Under the pieces are notes generated by a model. The model searched no databases, was not told where the DNA came from, and saw only the letters and a list, made by a program, of their open reading frames with translations. From Candidatus Methanophagales archaeon (lineage in GTDB: Archaea; Halobacteriota; Syntropharchaeia; Alkanophagales; Methanospirareceae): a DNA stretch of 36,849 nt. Below, piece after piece: positions 8,763 to 17,341 of the stretch (position 1 is the first letter of the stretch; the number at the start of each line of letters is the position of its first letter). The stretch spans positions 1-36,849 of the forward strand of contig JAUWNY010000002.1 in the NCBI GenBank assembly GCA_030612405.1, written 5' to 3'. Position numbers and translations under genes: made by a program.

Positions 8763-9707
8763 ATGGTAGCTAAAGAGGATATAGGCATATTAGCAGCTAT
8801 GGTTGTTATAGTGATACTCATTGTGGCTTCGATTCCGTTCGTTATAGGACCGCTTTTAGCACCTCCGAAATACACAGAAGACCAGCAAATAGCTCTTTCT
8901 TTAGTTTCGTACCTTGGCTATCACACGCTTGGCGACGATTCTATAGACCATTACAGTGCACAGAAGGTGCATGAAAATGGCGTTGCCGGGATAATGTACA
9001 AATATGGGAGAGAGGCGAAGGATATTGATAAAACGGTGCACGAGAAGTTAGAGGAGGTAGGTTTTGTCACAACTGCGATAGAAAGCGAGAAAAGTGGTGC
9101 ATGGGAGCCGTTCTGGGATTATTCGTGGTTCTCGGCTGCGAATGGTGATATAGTTGCTTATGTTACGACTTATTCTGATGGTCGCAGCAAATATGTTTGT
9201 ATAGCTGCGGGTTCAGACGATTATGAAGAGGAGGTATTCAAGATTCGTGCGGAAGGAAATGACTTCGTATCGTTGAGGAGTGATGTCAGGTATAAATCAG
9301 GAGAACCCGCAGAGATTGAGCACGTTGCACCTCTTGCGGGGACGATGTATGCGATAAAGTATCCTCAACACAAGTTGAGTGGACCGAGAGATGCGGCGGT
9401 GAACATAGAGGCGAGGAAGTCGTACGACGAGGTGCTTGCGCTGAAAGAGAAAGTGGCGACGAACGAAACGTTCCAGCGAGAGTTCTTCAACGTTACTGCT
9501 GATAATGAGACGGCGGCGGTAAATGATACTCGTGTAGTCAGAGAGAGAACAAGGTATTACCCCTGGGGCTTCTTTTGGGTCTGTGGTGGTGGATATGGAT
9601 ACTACTCGCCTTACAGGTACGATCGTCCCGGCTCAGGTCCTATTGTCAGGCCGAGAGGTACGGGATATACTATCCGGGGTGGGGGAGGTCCGGGGATGGC
9701 GAAGTGA
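8763..9707 (+). CDS. N-terminally membrane-anchored exported protein with Gly/Tyr-rich, DUF4247-like C-terminal tail
   Basis: One N-terminal TM helix, N-x-T sequons, C-terminus ...GYTIRGGGGPGMAK. Confidence 0.75.
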   Translation: MVAKEDIGILAAMVVIVILIVASIPFVIGPLLAPPKYTEDQQIALSLVSYLGYHTLGDDSIDHYSAQKVHENGVAGIMYKYGREAKDIDKTVHEKLEEVGFVTTAIESEKSGAWEPFWDYSWFSAANGDIVAYVTTYSDGRSKYVCIAAGSDDYEEEVFKIRAEGNDFVSLRSDVRYKSGEPAEIEHVAPLAGTMYAIKYPQHKLSGPRDAAVNIEARKSYDEVLALKEKVATNETFQREFFNVTADNETAAVNDTRVVRERTRYYPWGFFWVCGGGYGYYSPYRYDRPGSGPIVRPRGTGYTIRGGGGPGMAK

Positions 9708-9714
9708 GGGGAAC

Positions 9715-11880
9715 ATGGAATTAGCGTATCAAGCACTACAAAAATACTTTGGTTATACTTCATTTCTTCCTCTTCAAGAGGAGATCGTCAAGGATATTCT
9801 GCTAAAAAACGATGTTTTTGCCCTGATGCCAACGGGCGGGGGTAAATCTTTGTGTTATCAATTACCAGCCCTTCTTTTGGACGGTGTGACGATTGTTGTC
9901 TCACCGCTTATTGCTTTAATGAAAGACCAGGTCGATGGGTTAAAAGCAAATGGAATTGCGGCAGCATATATCAACAGCTCTTTGCGTTTTGATGAGATAC
10001 AACACATAAAATTGGAATTGCTGGAGAACAGAATCAGCATTCTTTATGTGGCTCCCGAAAGAATAATGCTACCCGACTTCTTGCTATTCTTACAGCGTTT
10101 GAATATCAGTTTGATTGCCGTTGACGAAGCCCACTGCATCTCAGAATGGGGGCATGATTTTAGACCAGAATACCGTCAGTTGAAATTGCTTAAAGAGCAT
10201 TTCCCTCAAGCTCCTTTAATTGCACTGACCGCAACCGCTATTCCCGAGGTACAAAAGGATATTATAACACAGTTAAGGCTAACCAATTCAAAGATATATA
10301 AAGCGAGTTTAAACCGGGAAAATTTATTCTACCAGGTTAAACCAAAAGATAATGCCTATCACCAATTGCTCCAGTATTTAAATTTAAAGAACCATAAAAG
10401 AGATCCAGGGATAATTTATTGTTACAGCCGTAAATCTGCCGATGATCTGGCAAATAAACTACAAAAAGACGGTTTTCGCGCTTTACCGTACCACGCAGGC
10501 TTGGGAGCTGATTTAAGGGCGGAAACGCAGGATAAATTTGTTAAAGACGATGTTGAGATAATCGTGGCAACAATAGCCTTTGGAATGGGCGTGGATAAGT
10601 CGAATATACGTTTTGTGATACATTACGATTTACCTAAAAATCTTGAGAGCTATTATCAAGAGACAGGAAGGGCAGGCAGAGACGGACTTAGAAGCGATTG
10701 CATTCTCTTTTTCAGTCATGGCGATAAGCGAAAAATAGAGTACTTCATCGAGCAAAAAGGAGATGAAACAGAAAAGCGAATTGGATATAAGAAATTGCTT
10801 GACATGGTTAATTTTTGTGAAGGCAGAACATGTCGCAGGAAAATTTTGTTGGATTATTTCGGTGAAGCGTGTAATGAAAATGAAACGAATTGCGGGAATT
10901 GCGATAATTGCCTGGAGCCGAAGGAAACGATTGATGGAACATTTATCGCTCAAAAGATCATATCGTGCGTTTCCCAGGTTCGGGAAAGGTTCGGGATGAG
11001 TTACATCGCTGATGTTTTGTGCGGCTCAAAGAGTCAAAAAATAATTTGCAATCTGCACGATACTTTAACAACTTATGGTACTGGCAAAGAATACGCAAAA
11101 AAGCAGTGGCAGGCTTTTATCAGGGAACTCGTTCAACTCGGGTATCTGAAATCGGAAGGTGACAAATACCCAATCGTAAAACTGACACCGCGGAGTCGCG
11201 ATATTTTATCCAAAAAAGAAAGGGTTTTGTTGACCAAGCCGACAGAAGAAGTTCAGATAGCGCAAAAATATTTCGATGTGGGCTTCGATCACGGTTTATT
11301 TGAAATTTTAAGAAGTTTGAGGAAGGGACTCGCTGATGCAGAGGGTATGCCACCGTATATCATCTTTCACGATTCGTGTTTGAAGGCGATGGCAACTCAG
11401 TTCCCGCGAAGTCTATCAGATTTTCGGAAGATCGGCGGCGTTGGTGAAAGCAAATTCGAGAAATACGGGGAATTATTCGTAAAAGAAATTGTTGATTATT
11501 GTAAGGAACATAATGTTGAGCCCAAAGCAATCAACGTACGCGACTATAATCCAGCACCTGGCAAAACAATGAAGACATCTACGCTGCAAGAAACACTGGA
11601 ACTTTACAAACAAAATTTAACAATTGAGGAAATCGCTCAGAAAAGAAATCTGGCAATAGGCACGATAGCATCACATATTGAAAAACTAATTTTATCGGGC
11701 GAAGAAATTTCTATTGATAAATTCGTTGATATTTATAGGCAAGAGCATATCATAAGGGCGATGTCAATTCTGGGTATCGAGAGATTAGCACCTATAAAAG
11801 AAAAGCTGGGTGATGATTATTCTTATGAAGAAATACGCCTGGTAATGGCCTCTAAAATGAGCAATCGTAAAATATCTTAG
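9715..11880 (+). CDS. recQ: ATP-dependent DNA helicase RecQ (helicase, Zn-binding, RQC, HRDC, C-terminal HTH)
   Basis: MPTGGGKSLCYQLP, VDEAHCISEWGHDFRPEY, QETGRAGRDG, CGNCDNC; true start is ATG 9715. Confidence 0.96.
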   Translation: MELAYQALQKYFGYTSFLPLQEEIVKDILLKNDVFALMPTGGGKSLCYQLPALLLDGVTIVVSPLIALMKDQVDGLKANGIAAAYINSSLRFDEIQHIKLELLENRISILYVAPERIMLPDFLLFLQRLNISLIAVDEAHCISEWGHDFRPEYRQLKLLKEHFPQAPLIALTATAIPEVQKDIITQLRLTNSKIYKASLNRENLFYQVKPKDNAYHQLLQYLNLKNHKRDPGIIYCYSRKSADDLANKLQKDGFRALPYHAGLGADLRAETQDKFVKDDVEIIVATIAFGMGVDKSNIRFVIHYDLPKNLESYYQETGRAGRDGLRSDCILFFSHGDKRKIEYFIEQKGDETEKRIGYKKLLDMVNFCEGRTCRRKILLDYFGEACNENETNCGNCDNCLEPKETIDGTFIAQKIISCVSQVRERFGMSYIADVLCGSKSQKIICNLHDTLTTYGTGKEYAKKQWQAFIRELVQLGYLKSEGDKYPIVKLTPRSRDILSKKERVLLTKPTEEVQIAQKYFDVGFDHGLFEILRSLRKGLADAEGMPPYIIFHDSCLKAMATQFPRSLSDFRKIGGVGESKFEKYGELFVKEIVDYCKEHNVEPKAINVRDYNPAPGKTMKTSTLQETLELYKQNLTIEEIAQKRNLAIGTIASHIEKLILSGEEISIDKFVDIYRQEHIIRAMSILGIERLAPIKEKLGDDYSYEEIRLVMASKMSNRKIS

Positions 11881-11964
11881 AGTTGTTTAAGTGGATGGAA
11901 AAATCTCTGTCTAATTAAAAACGTATCTGCATATTAAACTGGTAAGGATATGAATATGTGCAAT

Positions 11965-12936
11965 TTAACGTGAAGAAGATATTACCACCAGATAATCTCC
12001 TTCCTCCAACGTAATATCTGCCGTGAAGTCGAAAATAAACCTTCCCCTTTTGTATAACGCTATCACCTTTTCATTCTCACCCCGCGACATATCCACCAAC
12101 CTCGTTTTCTCGCCCACTTTTATCTGCTTCAGGTCAAACCCTTCAACCGAAGTCGAAGCATCCATAATGAAATTCACAACCACTGGCTCGGTAACCGCAT
12201 GAGCAAGTAATCTCCCGCTTAGCTCTGCATAAGATATTATATGGTCAATCCCAGCTCCACGCATCATCTCCACGTGCTCCCGCGTCTCGCATGTCGCAAC
12301 GATTTTTATACCGGGATTCAGTCTCCGGGTTGCGAGAGCAATCATTATCGTCTCGGAATCGTTCTCCAGTGGTATCATCATCGTCTTTGCATCTTCGATC
12401 CCGCATCTATTCAACGTCTCGCTCTTTGTCGGGTCTCCACTAATATGGGGTATCTCCCGCGCATTCAGCTCTGCTTGATCCAATTCGCTTCCCACCACTA
12501 AAAACTCCTCATTTTCGTTCCTTAGCTCTTTTATCGCCTCTTCTGCTTTGGTATTCCAGCCCACGATAATGGTATGCTTCTTCATCTTCACCGCCCCCGA
12601 CCCAAATAATTTTTTTAATGCACTCTTAGTAGAAAAGGATACAAGTTGTTCAATTACATACGCAATGGTTCCTATTCCCCCCAATGCAACCAGCACAAAT
12701 GTAATCCGTCCACCCATTGTTTTTGGCGTGAAATCACCGTAGCCCACGGTCGTAATCGTCACGATTACCCAATAAACGGCGTCCCATATCTCTTCTACTC
12801 CTTCACTGCCTCTTTCAAAATGGTAAAATGCTATGGAGCCGAATATGAGCACGAAAAGGAGTAGGGATAGAATCCTGAATTTATCTACGTGTCGCCTTAA
12901 AGCTCTTATCCTGTTTATCAGCCGTAGTAGTAGCAT
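11965..12936 (-). CDS. MthK-like 2-TM potassium channel with RCK (TrkA-N) domain
   Basis: Selectivity filter TTVGYGD between two TM helices; IIVGWN and GDPT RCK motifs; 1-bp gap to the upstream gene. Confidence 0.93.
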   Translation of the reverse strand: MLLLRLINRIRALRRHVDKFRILSLLLFVLIFGSIAFYHFERGSEGVEEIWDAVYWVIVTITTVGYGDFTPKTMGGRITFVLVALGGIGTIAYVIEQLVSFSTKSALKKLFGSGAVKMKKHTIIVGWNTKAEEAIKELRNENEEFLVVGSELDQAELNAREIPHISGDPTKSETLNRCGIEDAKTMMIPLENDSETIMIALATRRLNPGIKIVATCETREHVEMMRGAGIDHIISYAELSGRLLAHAVTEPVVVNFIMDASTSVEGFDLKQIKVGEKTRLVDMSRGENEKVIALYKRGRFIFDFTADITLEEGDYLVVISSSR

Positions 12937-12937
12937 C

Positions 12938-14665
12938 TTAATACTCCTTAATTATTACCGGTTTATCAATCGTATTTATAAAATGCGTATTCTCCATATC
13001 TTGTAGAAGCCACGGAGGAAGTGCGAAGAGCGAAAAATGTGTCTCTTCGCTGTACGTGTTTGTTTCGATAGCCGCTATAACAGCCGCAATCTCATCGTCA
13101 CTTATTTGCAGTGGGTCATAATGTTTGGATGCGATTGCGAACCCCCATTGCCCGAAACTTGGTATATATTGCGTATACATCCGAACAACCGGAAATCGTG
13201 ACTGTCGCAATGTATTTGCAATTATTATGTATCCGTCAGCGTCTAACGCCCAATCTGCCTGCGTAGCCTGCGTAGCCATCATTCCATCTTCATCCAGCAA
13301 AGAATAAACGTCATTATAGAACTCCAGCGAATAAAAAGTTGCGAGAATATCATTGTTGGGGTCAGGCAGGTCTAAAATAACGAGGTCGAACTTTTTACTG
13401 TCCCTAAGCGCTTCTTCTATATATTTTCTTCCGTCCATCGCCACATACTTATATCTAAGGTCTTTCCATGAATCGTTGTGTATGCTTCGCAGATATTTCT
13501 TTGATATTTCTATTACTTCGGGGTCTAAGTCCACGAGTGTTATATTTCCTATTTTGTCATCTGAGAACCTCGTTAATACTTCTAAGACGCCGAGGTCGCC
13601 ACCGCCAATGATGAGGACATCAAGATTATGTTTATGTGCGTTATTCAGTAAAGTAACTGCGGCGGGTAATACCAGCGCCTCCGAATATGGCTCATCATCA
13701 CTCTCGGATATTTGCACGCTGCCATCGAGGAACAAAACACGTCCAAGAATATCATGGTCTATTACTGTTATCGTCTGGTATCTGCTCTGTGTTCGCTCAA
13801 GGATAACCTGTCCACGATACAAATCCCCAACCGTGGTATATTCCAACTGCTCTGCCTTGTGGTAGCCCATGGCAAATAGGGAGAAAAAAAGAGCAAAAAA
13901 TATAATCACGGGAATCATCTTGTATCGATTATTTCGACGTTTGTTCTTTGGAAAGAGTGCCTTTGAAGGGTTATCAGAACTCCGAAAGAATATCATGAAC
14001 AGCGCCACACTCACTGCTCCTGTTGTATTCAGCATTCCTCCGGTGTGTACTGTCGTTATTGAGCCGAATAGGGGGATCATTATGAACCCGGCAGAAATCG
14101 CCCCTGAGACTCCTCCTATGGTATCCAGAAAATATGAATATCCGGATACTTCGCCGATTTTTTCCGTTTTGTATTTTGATAATATGTTTATGGCTACCGG
14201 GAGTTCTCCACCCATCAATACGGCGGGAACGAGCAAAATGCACGAACTGTAGAATACCAGGACATGCCATGAAGTGGGGTTGAGATTGATGAACTCGAAT
14301 GCATAAATTATTCCGTCAGTTAGCATCCATGTATCGCAAAGTGCGAGTCTCCTCGTGACTGGCACGATAACAAGAGAAATAAGGGCAATAAGCATTTCTA
14401 AGATGAAGAGCAGGAGGAATGGATTCTTGGTTCTATCAGAGAGTTTGCCGATGACAAGGCTTCCAACTGCGAGACCGCCCATTATCGAAGCTAAAACTAT
14501 CGAGCCGGAATAAAAAGAAGAGCCGAGAAGTAGTGTAAATTCCCTTAAAAGGACGACTTCGTAGATCATCGCTGCTGCTCCGGTAGAAAGCAGGGTTATT
14601 GCAATGACAATGAATACGGCTCTGTGATGCCCATTTACTGTCATAGTGTTATGTGCATGATGCAT
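12938..14665 (-). CDS. speE: Polyamine aminopropyltransferase (spermidine synthase) fused to an N-terminal ~7-TM MFS-like domain
   Basis: Hydrophobic N-half; LFLDGSVQ, LIIGGGDLG, VDLDPEVIE, DLPDP, IPSFGQWGF; start may be 14644. Confidence 0.9.
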   Translation of the reverse strand: MHHAHNTMTVNGHHRAVFIVIAITLLSTGAAAMIYEVVLLREFTLLLGSSFYSGSIVLASIMGGLAVGSLVIGKLSDRTKNPFLLLFILEMLIALISLVIVPVTRRLALCDTWMLTDGIIYAFEFINLNPTSWHVLVFYSSCILLVPAVLMGGELPVAINILSKYKTEKIGEVSGYSYFLDTIGGVSGAISAGFIMIPLFGSITTVHTGGMLNTTGAVSVALFMIFFRSSDNPSKALFPKNKRRNNRYKMIPVIIFFALFFSLFAMGYHKAEQLEYTTVGDLYRGQVILERTQSRYQTITVIDHDILGRVLFLDGSVQISESDDEPYSEALVLPAAVTLLNNAHKHNLDVLIIGGGDLGVLEVLTRFSDDKIGNITLVDLDPEVIEISKKYLRSIHNDSWKDLRYKYVAMDGRKYIEEALRDSKKFDLVILDLPDPNNDILATFYSLEFYNDVYSLLDEDGMMATQATQADWALDADGYIIIANTLRQSRFPVVRMYTQYIPSFGQWGFAIASKHYDPLQISDDEIAAVIAAIETNTYSEETHFSLFALPPWLLQDMENTHFINTIDKPVIIKEY

Positions 14666-14702
14666 GCATGTTATTACTTTAGTGAATGTTATATTTTAAA
14701 CT

Positions 14703-15020
14703 ATGGATAAAAATTTCCATGAGGCAGTATTGAAGTTGGTAAAGCAAATACCAGAGGGTAAAGTAACAACTTATGGTGAGATAGCGAGAGAAATAACAGG
14801 TTCAGTCCATGCTGCTCGTGCTGTTGGACAGGCAGTTGCTACAAATCCGTATCCTATTGTTGTTCCTTGTCATCGTGTCGTGAGAAGCGATGGAGACATT
14901 GGAGGTTATAGTTTGGGTGTGGATAAGAAGATAAGGCTTTTGAGCGCGGAAGGAGCAGAGATAAAAGGGAGAAAGGTGTTGAATTTCGAGCAAAGGCTTT
15001 TCCTTTTCGATTGTATATAA
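14703..15020 (+). CDS. ogt: O6-methylguanine-DNA methyltransferase (single-domain MGMT)
   Basis: IPEGKVTTYG, ARAVG and active-site PCHRVV. Confidence 0.9.
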   Translation: MDKNFHEAVLKLVKQIPEGKVTTYGEIAREITGSVHAARAVGQAVATNPYPIVVPCHRVVRSDGDIGGYSLGVDKKIRLLSAEGAEIKGRKVLNFEQRLFLFDCI

Positions 15021-15297
15021 AGTATAACATCTACCTATTTAGGACGCAGATTTACGCGGATTTACGCAGAAAACTATTTCCTCAAACTATCAAATGCCTT
15101 ACGTTTAACTTCCAGTTTAGTGTCAAAATTAAATTCTATCATCCTTGCATTCTCATAAACCTTTTCCAGAAAGCCATAACCCCTTTATTATAAACTCAAT
15201 AGAAGATTCTAATAATCCCCTCCGCCAATTCCTTATATTTTAAATCCTGATTATCTGCGGTCATCTGCGTCCGATTATCAAAAATTATTCTTTCTTG
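15011..15297. mobile_element. Inverted-arm repeat element carrying a GxxExxY remnant
   Basis: Arms GGACGCAGATTTACGCGGATTTACGCAGA and ATCTGCGGTCATCTGCGTCC; both ends match 23801-23956. Confidence 0.7.
15074..15264 (-). pseudogene. GxxExxY (PD-(D/E)XK-like) protein remnant with stop, frameshift and internal deletion
   Basis: MTADNQDLKYKELAEGIIRIFY*VYNK / GYGFLEKVYENARMIEF joined to NFDTKLEVKRKAFDSLRK*. Confidence 0.85.
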
Positions 15298-15348
15298 CTT
15301 TAAAAAATAAAAGAAGAGGAAGAAGTCCTCCTTATACTTTGTATTTAC

Positions 15349-16266
15349 TTATGCCGCAGTTGTAGCTGTTTGATTCATCGGTGGAAACATTGGATACTCG
15401 CCTGCACTTTCCGCCTCTTTTGGCAATTCTATCGTCACTGGCTTGTTATAGTCGTAGAAAACTATGTTGGTCCTCTGATTGCTCGTCATTGTAAATCCCG
15501 CCTCCGTTTCAGGTATGTTCAGGTCCTCCGAGCTTATCACCATTTCCATCTGCATTTCTGTCTTCATCGGGAACTTCGTATCCTTTGCAATCCAGTACTT
15601 CAGAGACATCTCCTTTATCATTTCCCCTATGTCGAAGCTATCGTTCTGTCGCAGGCTTTGCATTAGTTCGCCCAGCCCCTCTTGCTTCATCAAGATCTCC
15701 CCGTACTTTTCGGTGTCTATCGTGATATTTAGCACGTAGCAATCCACACCGTTCACCTCTTCATCCTCTAAAAGCTCCACTTCCGAAACATTCAGCAGTT
15801 CCATTTGTTGGCCTATCCGGTTCTGCGATTCCCAGTATTCTTCGGGCATTTCCGTCTTTGTCCATTGCGCTGGCATCTCTGGAATACCCCTATCCATCTT
15901 CATGTACATGGCGTTATTGATGAAATACATCTCCATCGTCATCTCCATTGTTTCCTGCGGCGCACCTTCAGGCAGTTCCATCGTCATCTCCATCTTCATC
16001 TTTTTATTTATGTTATCCACTGCACCTTTTCCAGTGCTTGTCATCGTCATCTCTGTCTCATCAGTCTCGTTGCTTATTAGCGTCTTTTGTGTCATATCCA
16101 TGTCAAACTTGTAAGTATCTGTGTTTTCAGCAGTAGCAAGGACCATCTCTTTTATTTCCGCTGTACTCATTCGCTCCTCCTCAATGCATCCTGCACACAT
16201 CGCAACCGCTACGATTGCAACTACGGCTATTAATCCTGCAATTGCTTTTCTTTTCATTTTTTTCAC
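15349..16266 (-). CDS. Met-rich lipoprotein, LppX/LprAFG/DUF6612-like fold
   Basis: Basic N-region, hydrophobic core, lipobox CAGC; EEVNGVDCYVL, YWIAKDT, FYDYNKPVTIELPKEA. Confidence 0.75.
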   Translation of the reverse strand: MKKMKRKAIAGLIAVVAIVAVAMCAGCIEEERMSTAEIKEMVLATAENTDTYKFDMDMTQKTLISNETDETEMTMTSTGKGAVDNINKKMKMEMTMELPEGAPQETMEMTMEMYFINNAMYMKMDRGIPEMPAQWTKTEMPEEYWESQNRIGQQMELLNVSEVELLEDEEVNGVDCYVLNITIDTEKYGEILMKQEGLGELMQSLRQNDSFDIGEMIKEMSLKYWIAKDTKFPMKTEMQMEMVISSEDLNIPETEAGFTMTSNQRTNIVFYDYNKPVTIELPKEAESAGEYPMFPPMNQTATTAA

Positions 16267-16429
16267 CTCCTTTTAATGAAAAAAGTCTTCCTTTTATATA
16301 GCATTATTCCATGGTGTAAATACCTTTGATGTTGTAGAAACGCTCCCTGTTTTGCACTACTTAGAATTCAAGTGAAAGCTCTGATGATGAATTAAAGGGG
16401 TAAGTAGAGAAAAAAAAGAGGAAGGAACC

Positions 16430-16921
16430 TTGCGATTCGTGACTGACAGGATGTTAGGAAAGCTAAGCACGTGGCTTCGTATTCTTGGGCACGATACCGT
16501 TTTTGCTGCGGACATAACGATTAATAAAGACGAAGAAGACGAGGACAATGCTCTTATCTCTTTAGCGAAGCAGGAAGCACGAATATTGCTCACCGGGGAT
16601 AAAAATCTCGTGCTGGCTGCAAGGAAAAAGGGTGTGCAATGCGTTCAAATAAAAACCGATGATGCGATGGAACAGTTAGAGGAGCTGCTTCGGCATAATA
16701 TCGCCTTAAACCTCGAACCCGTTCCGGTCAGGTGCAGCGAGTGCAATGCAAGGATAAGGAAAGTAGAGGGTGGGGAAGAAGAGATACTGAGAGAGAAAAG
16801 TTATGTGCCAAAGAGCAAGATAGGAGCGTGGGATTTCTGGGTTTGCGAACGCTGCGGTAGGATATACTGGGAAGGGAGTCATTGGGAGAATATGCGTGAG
16901 CGGTTAAAGGAGTTGAAATAA
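16430..16921 (+). CDS. Mut7-C RNase (PIN-fold, DUF82) domain protein
   Basis: FVTDRMLGKLSTWLRILGHDT, RCSECN, CERCGRIYWEGSH; TTG start after GAGGAAGG. Confidence 0.9.
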   Translation: MRFVTDRMLGKLSTWLRILGHDTVFAADITINKDEEDEDNALISLAKQEARILLTGDKNLVLAARKKGVQCVQIKTDDAMEQLEELLRHNIALNLEPVPVRCSECNARIRKVEGGEEEILREKSYVPKSKIGAWDFWVCERCGRIYWEGSHWENMRERLKELK

Positions 16922-16968
16922 GGAGGCGGCAGGAATTGTGTGGTGGCTTCTAAATCGCAGGGCATCAC

Positions 16969-17019
16969 ATTTGGTATATTAGCAAATATAAACACATTAG
17001 AATCCACAAAAACTCTCAT
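16969..17019 (-). pseudogene. 5' stump of a VapC/PIN toxin
   Basis: MRVFVDSNVFIFANIPN begins in an ATGA overlap with the antitoxin stop, then loses PIN similarity. Confidence 0.65.
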
Positions 17020-17255
17020 TTTGTCCACAACTCTTCTTCAAGCTTTTTTAAATTCTGACGCATCCGTTCTCGATTTATATGTGCTGGTTTTTCAATAATC
17101 TCCATAAGTGAATCTTTCTGTTTTATCCTCTCCAGAATTATTTTTTCTTTCGTTTCTGCTCGTAACAAAAAACGGTCTGTAGGTTTTATATTAAAGCCGT
17201 CACTAACACGCTTTAATGGTATTTTGTATTCCTCATCTACTTCTACGATTGGCAT
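17016..17255 (-). CDS. AbrB/MazE-like antitoxin (VapB)
   Basis: 79 aa; VEVDEEYKIPL...F.IKP.D.F swapped-hairpin pattern; precedes the PIN stump. Confidence 0.65.
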   Translation of the reverse strand: MPIVEVDEEYKIPLKRVSDGFNIKPTDRFLLRAETKEKIILERIKQKDSLMEIIEKPAHINRERMRQNLKKLEEELWTK

Positions 17256-17341
17256 TTTTCTCCCTCTTATATTTCACCTGTTTGGTTTATGTGTACTTGT
17301 ATATGATATTCTTTTATTAAAAACCACAAGATTTTAAAGAA

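Noticed and set aside
9583-9714. N-terminal extension of RecQ in the ORF track
   Set aside because: Overlaps the coding tail of the 8763 gene; RecQ homology begins at ATG 9715 after a purine-rich RBS
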